Source: Acidimicrobiia bacterium
GTDB taxonomy: Bacteria; Actinomycetota; Acidimicrobiia; Spongiisociales; UBA5794
Direction: 5' to 3'
Length of the DNA stretch: 64,000 nucleotides
Assembly: GCA_965216945.1 (NCBI GenBank)
Contig: CBDCGU010000003.1
Span: 3,526,653-3,590,652, forward strand
Made by a program: the position numbers and the translations under genes. The notes under the pieces are model-generated. The model was not told the origin of the DNA. It searched no databases and saw only the letters and a program-made list of their open reading frames with translations. Positions 37,986-47,324 of the stretch are shown piece by piece (position 1 is the first letter of the stretch; each line of letters begins with the position of its first letter).

Positions 37986-38465
37986 TCACTTCGATCGATG
38001 CTTCGGGAGGCGGCGAGGGTAGTTGCGATGGTCGAGCGGCTCCGAGTTGAGCATCACCGTCGTCTCGGTGGGCACTTCGGCGGTCGCAAGGGCCCGCGCA
38101 TGACACCCGGCCTCGGCAGTCTGGATCAAGGCTGCCACTTCCGAAGGGTCATCTGGAGATTCGACATGTAGCTCGATGCGGACGCCACGACACTCCGAGT
38201 TCAGGGTTCCGGCAAGTACCGACCCGCTGGTGGCCCAATCGATCTCGACCGAGCAGCGTGCGGACTCCACCGTGACCTTCATGAGTTCCGCATATCTGAG
38301 CACCATGCTGGCCAGGCACATCCCCACGCCGGCCGCGACGTAGTGCAACGGATACGGGTGGGCGTCCCCGCCGCCGGCATCTACCGGTTCGTCCGCGAGG
38401 AAGGTGTGGTCCCCAACCGTCGCCTTCATGACGAGGCCGGCGATATGCGAGACACTGACCTGTAC
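37986..38465 (-). CDS. OsmC/Ohr family peroxidase-like protein (start approximate)
   Basis: DEPVDAGGGDAHPYPLHYVAAGVGMCLASMV and AEAGCHARA: the two conserved Cys regions of OsmC. Confidence 0.55.
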   Translation of the reverse strand, partial: VQVSVSHIAGLVMKATVGDHTFLADEPVDAGGGDAHPYPLHYVAAGVGMCLASMVLRYAELMKVTVESARCSVEIDWATSGSVLAGTLNSECRGVRIELHVESPDDPSEVAALIQTAEAGCHARALATAEVPTETTVMLNSEPLDHRNYPRRLPKHRSK

Positions 38466-38529
38466 GCCGACCGATCGTCGTGGTGCGTATCGGGAACACT
38501 CACCTGCTGCGGTCACGATGCGACGGGCC

Positions 38530-39453
38530 TCACGCACCCAATCTCGAGTCCGCTTCCCGCAGAACCTCGCACACCTGATCGTGGTCACCCGTTGCCCAAT
38601 CGGTGTCAACGACGACCTCGGTGAGGCCGGTCGCCACGAGATCGGCCCATTGCTCGGCGATCGCATCAGCGCGGCCCTGGGACCGGCTCAAACGTAGCGC
38701 AAAACGCAGCGTGGCCGGGTCGCGGCCGACCGATTCGGCTTCGTGTTTCATCTGCTCGAAACCCTCGCGCAGCTCCTCGAGATAGAGCTGATCGGCGCGA
38801 CGAACCGGGTTCCAGGCGCCGTTGGGTATTCGGCCCGCACGGCGGATCGCGTACTTGCTGTTTCCTCCGATGAACACGGGGATCTCGTGCAGGGGTGTCG
38901 GGTAGGCGAGGGCACCCTCTCCCAAGCTGTAATGCTTGCCATTGAAGGGCGACGTGTGCCCCTTCCAGCATTCCTGCATCAGGGCGATTCCCTCGTCCAG
39001 CAGCTTGCCACGTTCCTCGAACGGCACGCCGAGAAACTCGAACTCCTGTGCGAGCCACCCTGCGCCGACGCCGAAGCCTTCGACCCTCCCGTTCGACAGA
39101 TGGTCGATGGAGGCAACCTGTTTGGCGACCACGATGGGGTGCCGGTAGGGGAGCACGAGGACCGTTATGCCGAGTTCGACTCGATCCGTCACGGCAGCCA
39201 TGGCCGCGAGGGTCGTCATGGCGTCGTGCCACGGGTTGAGCGTGTAGGCGGAGTCGGCCTCCTTTCCCCAGAACCCGCCCTCGACGAACCGGTCTCTCCT
39301 GGGTGTGGTGATCTTCGTCGGAAGCACGACATGGTCGCGGCACCACATGGAATCGAACCCGGCCTGCTCGAGGATTCGGGCCATTGTCGTGATACCGATC
39401 TCCTCCGGAAGCGGCCCGCTGTTGGGCAGCATCACTCCAATCTTGGTCGGCAT
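38530..39453 (-). CDS. LLM class F420-dependent oxidoreductase
   Basis: Luciferase-like pattern; RBS GGGAGAAGAGG before ATG 39453. Confidence 0.8.
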   Translation of the reverse strand: MPTKIGVMLPNSGPLPEEIGITTMARILEQAGFDSMWCRDHVVLPTKITTPRRDRFVEGGFWGKEADSAYTLNPWHDAMTTLAAMAAVTDRVELGITVLVLPYRHPIVVAKQVASIDHLSNGRVEGFGVGAGWLAQEFEFLGVPFEERGKLLDEGIALMQECWKGHTSPFNGKHYSLGEGALAYPTPLHEIPVFIGGNSKYAIRRAGRIPNGAWNPVRRADQLYLEELREGFEQMKHEAESVGRDPATLRFALRLSRSQGRADAIAEQWADLVATGLTEVVVDTDWATGDHDQVCEVLREADSRLGA

Positions 39454-39466
39454 GTGCCTCTTCTCC

Positions 39467-40501
39467 CTAGTCGTTGCGTCGGTCGGCTTGCTGATGTTCT
39501 TGGGTCCTGTTTCCCACGATCGGTCGCTCGACGAGTGGTCGCTCCGCGAGTCGCAAGCGAAAGGCGACATCGGCCGGAGGCCAACACTCGATCATCGTGC
39601 ACGCCTGGAACATGACGGTTCCCTGAATCGTCACGTCCCCACCTCCTGGCTCGCCGGAAAACGTCAGTGGTTGGTAGCCACGCACCATCCTCTGGTAGCC
39701 GACGTAGGACCCGTCCCCGTCGCTCATCACGATCGGCGACGCCGGTGGCCACTCCGTTGCCCCGATCTCCACGCCGGGTATCGGATCAATGCGCACGACG
39801 AGTGGTTGGCATCCCTCGGGCACGGGGGAGGCGTAGATGTGAACATCGTCCGAGAGTTCGATGTCGTAGATGAGCCAGATCCGCTGGAAGTGTCCGTAGG
39901 TTGGCGAGTCGGCCCGTACCGTGACGTTGACCGGGCCCGACCCAAGGTCGACGCGTGGCCCGCCATGTGGTGCGGCGATCCCGAGGGCTCGCTCGAGCAA
40001 GCCGGAGCCGGTCTCGCGCTCGCGGTAGCTCTGGTGGAACCGCTTGTCCACCACCGTGCTACCTCTGATGACGAACACGCCAGGGTACGGGACACCCTCG
40101 TGGTGTGGCTTGGGCGAGATGCCGTAGGCTGCGTGCTGTTCCTCGACGTGAACGTTGAGAAGGCCGAGACGCTCGATGACACGTCCTCCTGCATCACTCA
40201 GCAGCGGGAACTTGATGCCGTGGCGCGCGGAGAACGACGCAAGTACCTCCGAGGTATCGGGGCTCACTGCGACGACGCAATAGCCGGCGCTCTCCAGCAC
40301 TTCTCGCACTCCCTCCAACTCGACCAGCTGGGTCTTGCAGAAGGGTCACCACTCGGCACTGCGGTAGAAGAGGACGATGGCGTTTTCGGCCGAGCAGTGA
40401 TCGGAGAATCTCGCCGTCCGGCCGAACTGATCCGGAAGCTCGAAGTCTGGCCAGGCTTGACCAACCAGCGGACCGATCGCATCGAAGTCGAGCTCAATCA
40501 C
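39467..40501 (-). CDS. peroxiredoxin (AhpC/TSA/redoxin) with C-terminal extension; single in-frame TGA (40346-40348) exactly at the peroxidatic Cys of FYRxxWCPxC (reads FYRSAEW-TGA-PFCKTQL). Either a selenocysteine candidate or a nonsense-disrupted pseudogene
   Basis: Same reading frame on both sides of the TGA; GTG start with N-terminus GQAWPDFELPDQFGRTARFSDH typical of Prx. Confidence 0.5.
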
Positions 40502-40541
40502 CTTGGTGCAGCTTCCATGGAGTCGGATCCGGGAGGCGGCT

Positions 40542-41429
40542 TCACGCTGGCTCGATCTCGAGCTCGGTCGCAAGTTCCTCGATGGCGCGCAGCGACTCGT
40601 CGAGAGTCCGCTTGCGATAGTCGACGTCGACGACGAGGTCGTGAACACCAAGTGCTTCGTATTGGGCCGCCAATTCTCTGGTGTGCGGCCAGTTCTTGAG
40701 GGAGGGGTTCACGACGATCCGCAGCTCATCGAAGGGGCGCTCCGCACCCTCGGCGAAGGCACGGAGTCGTCGGAGTCCATCGGCCACCTTGTCGGGTGAG
40801 TCGCCAGCGGGATTCCAGCCGTCGCCAACGGCGACGACTCGGCGGAGTGCTGGATTGCTCGAACCGCCGATGAGGACGGGGACGTGGGCTCCCTGTGCGG
40901 GCTTTGGCTGTTGGTAGAACGTCGTGTCGTCGTGGAAGCGCTTGTCCTCCAACGTGACGGGGTCGTTGCCCCAGACGTCGCGCAGAACCTCGATTGCCTC
41001 GGTCGTGAACGGGCCCCGGTCGGCGAACGAGGCACCGACGAGCGAGAACTCCTTTTCGTTCCACCCGGCCCCCACACCGAGCCAAAGCCGGCCATCTGAG
41101 AGAACATCCAGCGACGCCGCGAGCTTGGCGACCACCAACGTGGGGCGATAGGGCAGCACCAGAACTGTGATACCCAAACTGACGCGCTCTGTGTGAGCGG
41201 CGACCCATGTCAGCGCCACAAACGGGTCGAGCCGAGGGGTATCCAGGGGAAACTCCATGCCGCCGTGGGAGCTATAGGGATAGACGGTGCCGTCGAGGTC
41301 TGGCAAGGCGACGTGGTCCGTCGACCACAAGGACGTGTAGCCCGCGCTCTCTGCCAGCGTGGCGACCGCGGTGAGCGCTTCGACGCTCATCAACGGCCCA
41401 TGGCTCGGCAACTTGAGTCCGAATCTCAT
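40542..41429 (-). CDS. LLM class F420-dependent oxidoreductase
   Basis: MRFGLKLPSHGP start; luciferase-like motifs. Confidence 0.8.
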   Translation of the reverse strand: MRFGLKLPSHGPLMSVEALTAVATLAESAGYTSLWSTDHVALPDLDGTVYPYSSHGGMEFPLDTPRLDPFVALTWVAAHTERVSLGITVLVLPYRPTLVVAKLAASLDVLSDGRLWLGVGAGWNEKEFSLVGASFADRGPFTTEAIEVLRDVWGNDPVTLEDKRFHDDTTFYQQPKPAQGAHVPVLIGGSSNPALRRVVAVGDGWNPAGDSPDKVADGLRRLRAFAEGAERPFDELRIVVNPSLKNWPHTRELAAQYEALGVHDLVVDVDYRKRTLDESLRAIEELATELEIEPA

Positions 41430-41495
41430 GTCAGTCCTCGATTCTCCTCGTCGTGATCTCAACGGCCCGTCCGCCCAAGACACTACCTCGCAATC

Positions 41496-41513
41496 CGAAC
41501 GAGCGTACGTTCG
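41496..41513. promoter_or_regulatory. operator-family site CGAACGAGCGTACGTTCG, about 65 nt upstream of the LLM-Prx-LLM-OsmC-TauE operon
   Basis: Read directly. Confidence 0.5.
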
Positions 41514-41539
41514 ATGAAGACGCCACCTGCTGCTCTGAA

Positions 41540-42388
41540 CTACGTGGTTGCCGATTGCGCCAAGCCGAGCACGTTCGCTGGGTTTTCGAACAGGAGCTTC
41601 CGCAGAACGTTCGGTTCGAATGGAAGCTGCCGAAACCGGTCGATTGTGTCGAGACCATTGAAGGGAAAAGCACTGGCGTAGAGCACCTGATTCTGGATGA
41701 CGGAGTTTGCGGCCGCAATGACAGGCTCGGCCCCCGGGAGGAACTCGTACAACGAAAGCTCGAGGTAGACGTTGGGGTGGCGGTAGGCGAGGCCAATCAA
41801 CTCTGTCACCTGTGGCCAGCATCCGTGCGAGCACACGATCGTCAGCTCGGGGAAGTCCTCCGCCACCCGGTCAACGGCGGCAGGATTGGCGAATCTCCCT
41901 ACCAGCGGTCCCAAGGTCAGCACGACCGGGACACTTCGCTCGGCTGCCGCTGCATAGATCGGATAGAAGATGCGGTCGTCTGGACAAGACTTGGCCGCAT
42001 CCGGATCCAGCGCCACGCCGGCAAGCCCAAGCTCTCCGACCGCCCGATTGACTTCAGCGACCGCAGCTACGATGCCATCGGTCGGGTCGACGCCTGCCAC
42101 CCCGATCAGGCGTCCGGGGTAGCGTCGCACACAGTCGGCGATGTAGTCATTGTCGACACCCCTCGTCAGGGCGCCGTTGGTGCGTCGCTGCCGGCCCGTG
42201 AAGACGGCGTGATCGATGCCGTTCTCTTCCAACGCGGCGACGTAGTCCTTCAAGGCAACACCGGTTGGGGCCAGGTGGTCGAAGAACTCCCACATCCGCT
42301 CAGTGCCTTCCCCGACATAGTCTTTCATGACCTGTGCGGTGTTTGGTCTCGCTCGGAAGTCGATGATCGGGTAGCTCTCTTTAGGCAT
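41540..42388 (-). CDS. amidohydrolase-2 family protein (paralog of 23156-24019)
   Basis: MPKESYPIIDFRARP start parallels MIIDFRVRPP. Confidence 0.7.
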   Translation of the reverse strand: MPKESYPIIDFRARPNTAQVMKDYVGEGTERMWEFFDHLAPTGVALKDYVAALEENGIDHAVFTGRQRRTNGALTRGVDNDYIADCVRRYPGRLIGVAGVDPTDGIVAAVAEVNRAVGELGLAGVALDPDAAKSCPDDRIFYPIYAAAAERSVPVVLTLGPLVGRFANPAAVDRVAEDFPELTIVCSHGCWPQVTELIGLAYRHPNVYLELSLYEFLPGAEPVIAAANSVIQNQVLYASAFPFNGLDTIDRFRQLPFEPNVLRKLLFENPANVLGLAQSATT

Positions 42389-43349
42389 CGGTGCTCCTAT
42401 CCCTTGGCGACAATCTGGACATGACATCGGCGGAGAAGTCCATGAAGAAGCGCTGCTGGGCAACACGTGAGGCTCCTTCCAGCATGACTCTGCAGACGAT
42501 CTGGCTGGCATCGATGTCAGCCATTGCTGCCAAGGCAGACGCCACGTGGTCGGCGTCGCCGACGATTGCTGTGCCCACCGCCTTGTCGAGCGCGTCTTCG
42601 ACCTCGGCGCGAAAATCCATCGCCGAGTGCTCTCCTTGTGCGTCCATCGCCCAGCCAAGACCTGCGTAGAGCACATAGCTGGCTCGGAGCCAGCTCAGGA
42701 CGGCCTCGCGCTCGGCTTCGCTACGGACGATCCATGTGTTTCGCATGAGTACGAATCCCGGCCTTGACTGCGCCGTTCCGGACTGAGCCCAGCCGTCGAG
42801 CTGGGCGGACCGCAGGTCGCGCGCCCTTTCGATCGGGGTGGCTCCCGACATGATCAGCGCCCTTCCGTGGCGACCAGCACGTCTTGCGCCCGCGGTGGTG
42901 GATGTGCCAACGACCACACCAAACCCGGCGTTCTCGAGGCGAGAGCACAGCGCCTCGTGTCGCGCCACGCGTTCGCTCCGGAGGATGCCCTTGCCGTCGA
43001 ACTCTGGATCGCGGTACCCAAGGCCGAGTCCGATGTCGATACGCGGGCCGTAGCTTTGCACGAGTTGATCGGCGATCCGCACCACTCGGTCTGGATCCTG
43101 AAGCGGAGCCAGCAGCACACCGGTGCCAACTCGGATGCGCTCGGTCGAGGCAAGCGCACTGGCTGCAGCCGGAAGAAGGGCTGGGCAGTACCCGTCATAG
43201 AAGAAGTGGTGCTCGGAGAGCCAGAGTTCGTCGAACCCCAGGCTCTCCAGCATGACAGCAGAGTCTCGTAACTGCTGGTAGGCAGCGACGTGGTGCATTG
43301 GCCTGGTCGCCGTGGACTGAAGGCAATAGAGTCCGACGCCGAACTTCAT
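42381..43349 (-). CDS. LLM class flavin-dependent oxidoreductase
   Basis: MKFGVGLY start; luciferase-like pattern. Confidence 0.75.
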   Translation of the reverse strand: MKFGVGLYCLQSTATRPMHHVAAYQQLRDSAVMLESLGFDELWLSEHHFFYDGYCPALLPAAASALASTERIRVGTGVLLAPLQDPDRVVRIADQLVQSYGPRIDIGLGLGYRDPEFDGKGILRSERVARHEALCSRLENAGFGVVVGTSTTAGARRAGRHGRALIMSGATPIERARDLRSAQLDGWAQSGTAQSRPGFVLMRNTWIVRSEAEREAVLSWLRASYVLYAGLGWAMDAQGEHSAMDFRAEVEDALDKAVGTAIVGDADHVASALAAMADIDASQIVCRVMLEGASRVAQQRFFMDFSADVMSRLSPRDRSTDA

Positions 43350-43371
43350 GCGAGCCCAATACTCGAAGAGG

Positions 43372-43389
43372 CGAACGAACGTACGTTCC
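43372..43389. promoter_or_regulatory. operator-family site CGAACGAACGTACGTTCC, 23 nt upstream of the LLM start (inside the ORF-track's extended ORF)
   Basis: Read directly. Confidence 0.45.
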
Positions 43390-43578
43390 GAGTGGCGTCT
43401 CCGACGCAACGAGGTCGCCCTGACAACGTGTGCCACGCTGCTCCTGGCTTGGCGATCCAGTTTCGGGGAAGGAGCCGCCGGGCCATCTTGAGGTCCATGT
43501 CTCTGGGGGATCTACTCACCAGCGAATGTCGGGCCTTGCGACGACTCGCCGATTCCCGAGTGCCGATGCTGCAACTGC

Positions 43579-44700
43579 TCATGAGGGCTTCGGGTCGGGC
43601 CACGCCGGCTTCTTCAAACGGCTCGGATGTGCCATGCGGTACTGCTTTGGGTATGAAAGGTCGATACCCAGCCTGTCGGCTGCGTGCCATGCCCAGCGCG
43701 GATCGTCGAGCATGCCACGGGCAAGTGCAACGAGGTCGGCTTTGCCAGAATTGACGACCTCATCTGCCTGGAACGGCTCAGTGATCATCCCGACTGCGAT
43801 CACGCGTATGCCGGCTTCGTTTCGGATGCGTTCGGCGAATGGGACTTGATATCCGGGCCCGGTAGCGATTCGTTGTTGTGGCGCCAGACCACCCGATGAG
43901 ACATCGATGAAGTCGCATCCCAGCTCGCGCAGCTCGCGGGCAAGTACAACGCTCTCGTCGATGTCCCACCCACCGGGAACCCAGTCCGAGGCAGAGATTC
44001 GCACGCCGAGCGGCTTGTGGCGCGGCCACTCGGATCGCATCGCAGCGAACACCTCGAGTACGAGTCGCATCCTGTTGACCAGCGACCCGCCGTAGGAGTC
44101 GGTCCGCTTGTTGCTCAGGGGCGACAGGAACTGGTGGAGCAGATAGCCGTGAGCGGCGTGCAACTCCACGACGTCGAATCCGATTCGTTCGGCACGCCTG
44201 ACCGCTCCGACGAATGCGGCCACGATTCGCTGCAACCCCTGCGACTCCAGAGCCACCGGGGGAGGGTCTTTTGGGTCGTAGGGGATGGCCGAAGGGGCAC
44301 TGCATTCCCACCCGCCTTCGTCCGGCATGATGAAGCCATAGCCTTCCCAGGGTGGGCGGGTCGACGCCTTCCTTCCGGCATGTGCCAGTTGGATCCCGAG
44401 TGAAGCCGAGCCGTGTCGACGGCAGAAGTCAACAACGCGCGTGATGGCGTCTTCCGTAGCGGTGGAATGAAGTGAGGGACACCCTGGGCTGATCCGGCCC
44501 TCGGGCTCGACAGCGGTTGCTTCCGTGAATACGAGGCCGGCACCGGAGACCGCATATTGGCCGAGGTGCATGAGATGCCAGTCCTGCATGAGGCCGTCAA
44601 CTGCGCTGTACTGGCACATCGGCGAGACAACGATCCTGTTCTCCAGTTCAACCGAGCGGAGCGCAAGCGGCGTGAAGAGGGCGGCCTTCGAGTCGGGCAT
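43579..44700 (-). CDS. NADH:flavin oxidoreductase (Old Yellow Enzyme family)
   Basis: LALRSVELENRIVVSPMCQY...HAAHGYLLHQFLSPLSNKRTDSYGGSLVNR OYE motifs. Confidence 0.8.
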   Translation of the reverse strand: MPDSKAALFTPLALRSVELENRIVVSPMCQYSAVDGLMQDWHLMHLGQYAVSGAGLVFTEATAVEPEGRISPGCPSLHSTATEDAITRVVDFCRRHGSASLGIQLAHAGRKASTRPPWEGYGFIMPDEGGWECSAPSAIPYDPKDPPPVALESQGLQRIVAAFVGAVRRAERIGFDVVELHAAHGYLLHQFLSPLSNKRTDSYGGSLVNRMRLVLEVFAAMRSEWPRHKPLGVRISASDWVPGGWDIDESVVLARELRELGCDFIDVSSGGLAPQQRIATGPGYQVPFAERIRNEAGIRVIAVGMITEPFQADEVVNSGKADLVALARGMLDDPRWAWHAADRLGIDLSYPKQYRMAHPSRLKKPAWPDPKPS

Positions 44701-44747
44701 CTCGCACCTTTCCCTTGGAGAGAGTAGATTCACCACGCGAACGGACG

Positions 44748-44761
44748 TTCGTATGACCGTG
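44748..44761. promoter_or_regulatory. operator variant CGAACGGACGTTCG (followed by TATGA) in the divergent OYE / cupin-SO intergenic region
   Basis: Read directly; resembles the 60523 site CGAACGAACGATCGTATGA. Confidence 0.4.
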
Positions 44762-44922
44762 CTACGACAGCGTAGCCCATTTGTCCGGGCGCAAGGCTCG
44801 CTGCAAGCGGGAGCTGGCCCACTATGCCACCGGCGGCAATCGCATGGCTCACCGGACTCGAGGAATGCGGTCGCGAACGGCCGCTCGATGCGGCAGTGCG
44901 TAGAGACAGCGAAGGCGGACCG

Positions 44923-46425
44923 ATGCCGATCGTTCAACATGACCGTGATACGGCCATCCCAGGGGAGAACCGTGTCTCCCTGCGCGACCTGGTCACCCAA
45001 CAACAGGGGGCGACGTCGTTGAATGTCACGGAGTTGGTGATCGAGCCAGGAGTTCGGCGGAGCTTCTCAGGTCAACCGGTAGAGACTGCATACATGCTCG
45101 TCGAAGGCTCGATACAGATGGTGGTCGGAGACGAGCGCCGCACCGTCTGCGCTGGCTCGACGCTGCTGGCGCCGGCGGACACAGCGCACGAGCTCGTAAA
45201 CGACACCTGGGTTGACGCCAGGCTCGTTGTGATCACCACGGTGGAACGAGGTCGCAGAGCACCCGGGCTCGCCACCCTCGCGTCACCTGGGCCAGCGGAT
45301 GAGACCGCCTCGATGCCGCATCGGGAGGAAGGGCATCTGATACCTACGGACGGCGATGGCCGCTCGTTTGCTACGCCACCCGGTGCGCTGCGCGACGTTG
45401 TCGTGCCAAATCACAGGTTCTACGTTCGCAACCATTGGGAAGGCGCACCTCATGTCGATCGCGACACGTATCGGCTCGACGTCAGCGGTGACGTTTCACA
45501 CCCCCTGCAACTGAGCATGGACAGATTGCTGGCGCTGCCCAGTAAGCGACTGGAAGTCACTCTCGAATGTTGTGGCAACAGCCCAGTACCCCATTTCTGG
45601 GCGCTACAAACGCGACCGGCAATGGACAAGGTCTCTGGTCACGGACTCGTCGGCAACGCCGTGTGGCGTGGGGTGCCTCTGGCCCAGGTCCTCGAAATGG
45701 CTGCCATCAACGAGAGTGCCGTCGAGGTGGTGTTCACAGGTGCTGACCATGGGCCGGATGAAGTAGCAGGCGAGCCACCGGATGTGACCTACGAACGCAG
45801 TCTGCCGATTGCCAAGGCCACACATCCGGACACGTTGTTGGCCTACGAGATGAACGGTGAACCCCTCCCGCCACTGCACGGATCACCACTGCGCCTTATC
45901 GTTCCCGGCTGGTACGGCATGACCTCGGTCAAGTGGCTGGTCGGCGTGACGGCGATCGACCACACGTTCGCTGGGTTCTACCAAACGAGCCGTTACATGG
46001 TCGCAAACGGCCCCGCCGCTGAGCACTACTACACGTATCTGACGGAGATGCGTGTCAAATCGATCATCACGAGTCCCGCCCCCGGTGAGAGCGTGCCGCT
46101 CGGAACATACCGGATCGCCGGCGCCGCGTGGTCCGGCACAGACGAGATCATCGGCGTCGAAGTGAGCTCCGACGCAGGTCTCACGTGGTGGGGTGCGCAC
46201 CTCTCGCCGCGGACCGACTATTCCTGGCAGCGGTGGGAAGCCGAGTGGACGCCTCAGACGGCCGGTAGGTATACCCTCATGTCGCGGGCCACGAACAGCA
46301 GCGGTGAGACCCAGCCGATGGAGTTCCCCAATGTCTGGGATGGTCGCAGCTATGGGAACAACATGGTCTTCTCACGCATCGCCGAGGTTCGGGACGTGAC
46401 GGCGGCGAGGTCCTGGCACCATTGA
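44923..46425 (+). CDS. fusion protein: N-terminal cupin domain plus sulfite-oxidase-family molybdopterin oxidoreductase (Mo-binding and dimerisation domains)
   Basis: Single uninterrupted frame; cupin-like N-terminal 140 aa, then SO-family region (LECCGNSPVPH...GWYGMTSVKWL). Confidence 0.65.
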   Translation: MPIVQHDRDTAIPGENRVSLRDLVTQQQGATSLNVTELVIEPGVRRSFSGQPVETAYMLVEGSIQMVVGDERRTVCAGSTLLAPADTAHELVNDTWVDARLVVITTVERGRRAPGLATLASPGPADETASMPHREEGHLIPTDGDGRSFATPPGALRDVVVPNHRFYVRNHWEGAPHVDRDTYRLDVSGDVSHPLQLSMDRLLALPSKRLEVTLECCGNSPVPHFWALQTRPAMDKVSGHGLVGNAVWRGVPLAQVLEMAAINESAVEVVFTGADHGPDEVAGEPPDVTYERSLPIAKATHPDTLLAYEMNGEPLPPLHGSPLRLIVPGWYGMTSVKWLVGVTAIDHTFAGFYQTSRYMVANGPAAEHYYTYLTEMRVKSIITSPAPGESVPLGTYRIAGAAWSGTDEIIGVEVSSDAGLTWWGAHLSPRTDYSWQRWEAEWTPQTAGRYTLMSRATNSSGETQPMEFPNVWDGRSYGNNMVFSRIAEVRDVTAARSWHH

Positions 46426-46540
46426 TGCTCAACGCACGATCGGGGGCTGAACGCTCGGTATACTCTGTGCTCAGTGAGGGTGGTTTGCGATCGCCTGATT
46501 GCGCCTCGCCATTTCAACGCCGAGATGAGGACACCAGGAG

Positions 46541-47170
46541 ATGTCGCTGCGTACGACAGCCGGAGCCAACGACGCGATCTACCCAGCTGCGATCGATCTT
46601 TTTGCCGAACACGGGTACGAGGCAACGACCCTGAGAATGCTCTCAGACGCGGTCGGGCTTCAGGTGGGGAGTCTCTACAACTACATCGTGTCCAAAGAAG
46701 ATCTTCTCTTTTCGATCATGCGAAACGTCATGGTCGCCCTGTGCGAAGAGGCGGAGGAGGCGGTGTCGCAGAGCAGCGATCCTGCGACGCAGATCGATCT
46801 CTTCTTTCTTCACGCGGTCCGATTCCACGCAGACCGCAAGAAGGAGACGTTCGTTGGCAACACCGAGTTGAGAGCTCTGTCGCCGGCGAATAGAGCAACG
46901 ATTGTCGGTCTCAGGGACCGGTACGAATCGATTCTCCGAGTCGCACTCCGCGCATGTGCTGCGAAGGGCCTCTTGCCGCCGAGCGACGTGCGTCTCGCAA
47001 CCTACGCGGCAATCGCCATGGCCACGCACGTCTCGACATGGTATCGAGACGACGGTGAGCTCTCGATCGAGGAGGTTGCGCTCGGCTTGCGTCGGATGTA
47101 CGCACCCTTCTCAGATCTGGAAGATGCCGCCGACCAGGTGCGCGACAGCCAAGAGAAGTCGTCACGCTGA
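46541..47170 (+). CDS. TetR/AcrR family transcriptional regulator
   Basis: HTH TLRMLSDAVGLQVGSLYNY; AGGAGA RBS. Confidence 0.8.
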   Translation: MSLRTTAGANDAIYPAAIDLFAEHGYEATTLRMLSDAVGLQVGSLYNYIVSKEDLLFSIMRNVMVALCEEAEEAVSQSSDPATQIDLFFLHAVRFHADRKKETFVGNTELRALSPANRATIVGLRDRYESILRVALRACAAKGLLPPSDVRLATYAAIAMATHVSTWYRDDGELSIEEVALGLRRMYAPFSDLEDAADQVRDSQEKSSR

Positions 47171-47324
47171 ATACCCATCGACTGGGCCTACCGCGATCAT
47201 TGATGCAGTAGGAATGTTGCACGGCTCGATCGTCGCTGCGGCATGAGTTCGGCTGATCCATACCTACGGCGTAACAGCACAAATGTGCGCTCTGTGTCGC
47301 TGTACCGTCGCGGTATCGTCGGTG

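Noticed and set aside
39305-40699. 464-aa plus-strand ORF
   Set aside because: Antisense to the LLM and peroxiredoxin genes; no motifs.
46440-46540. GAACGCTCGG plus CTGTGCTCAGTGAG upstream of the second TetR as an operator
   Set aside because: Imperfect; neither a clean palindrome nor a close match to the 18-mer family.
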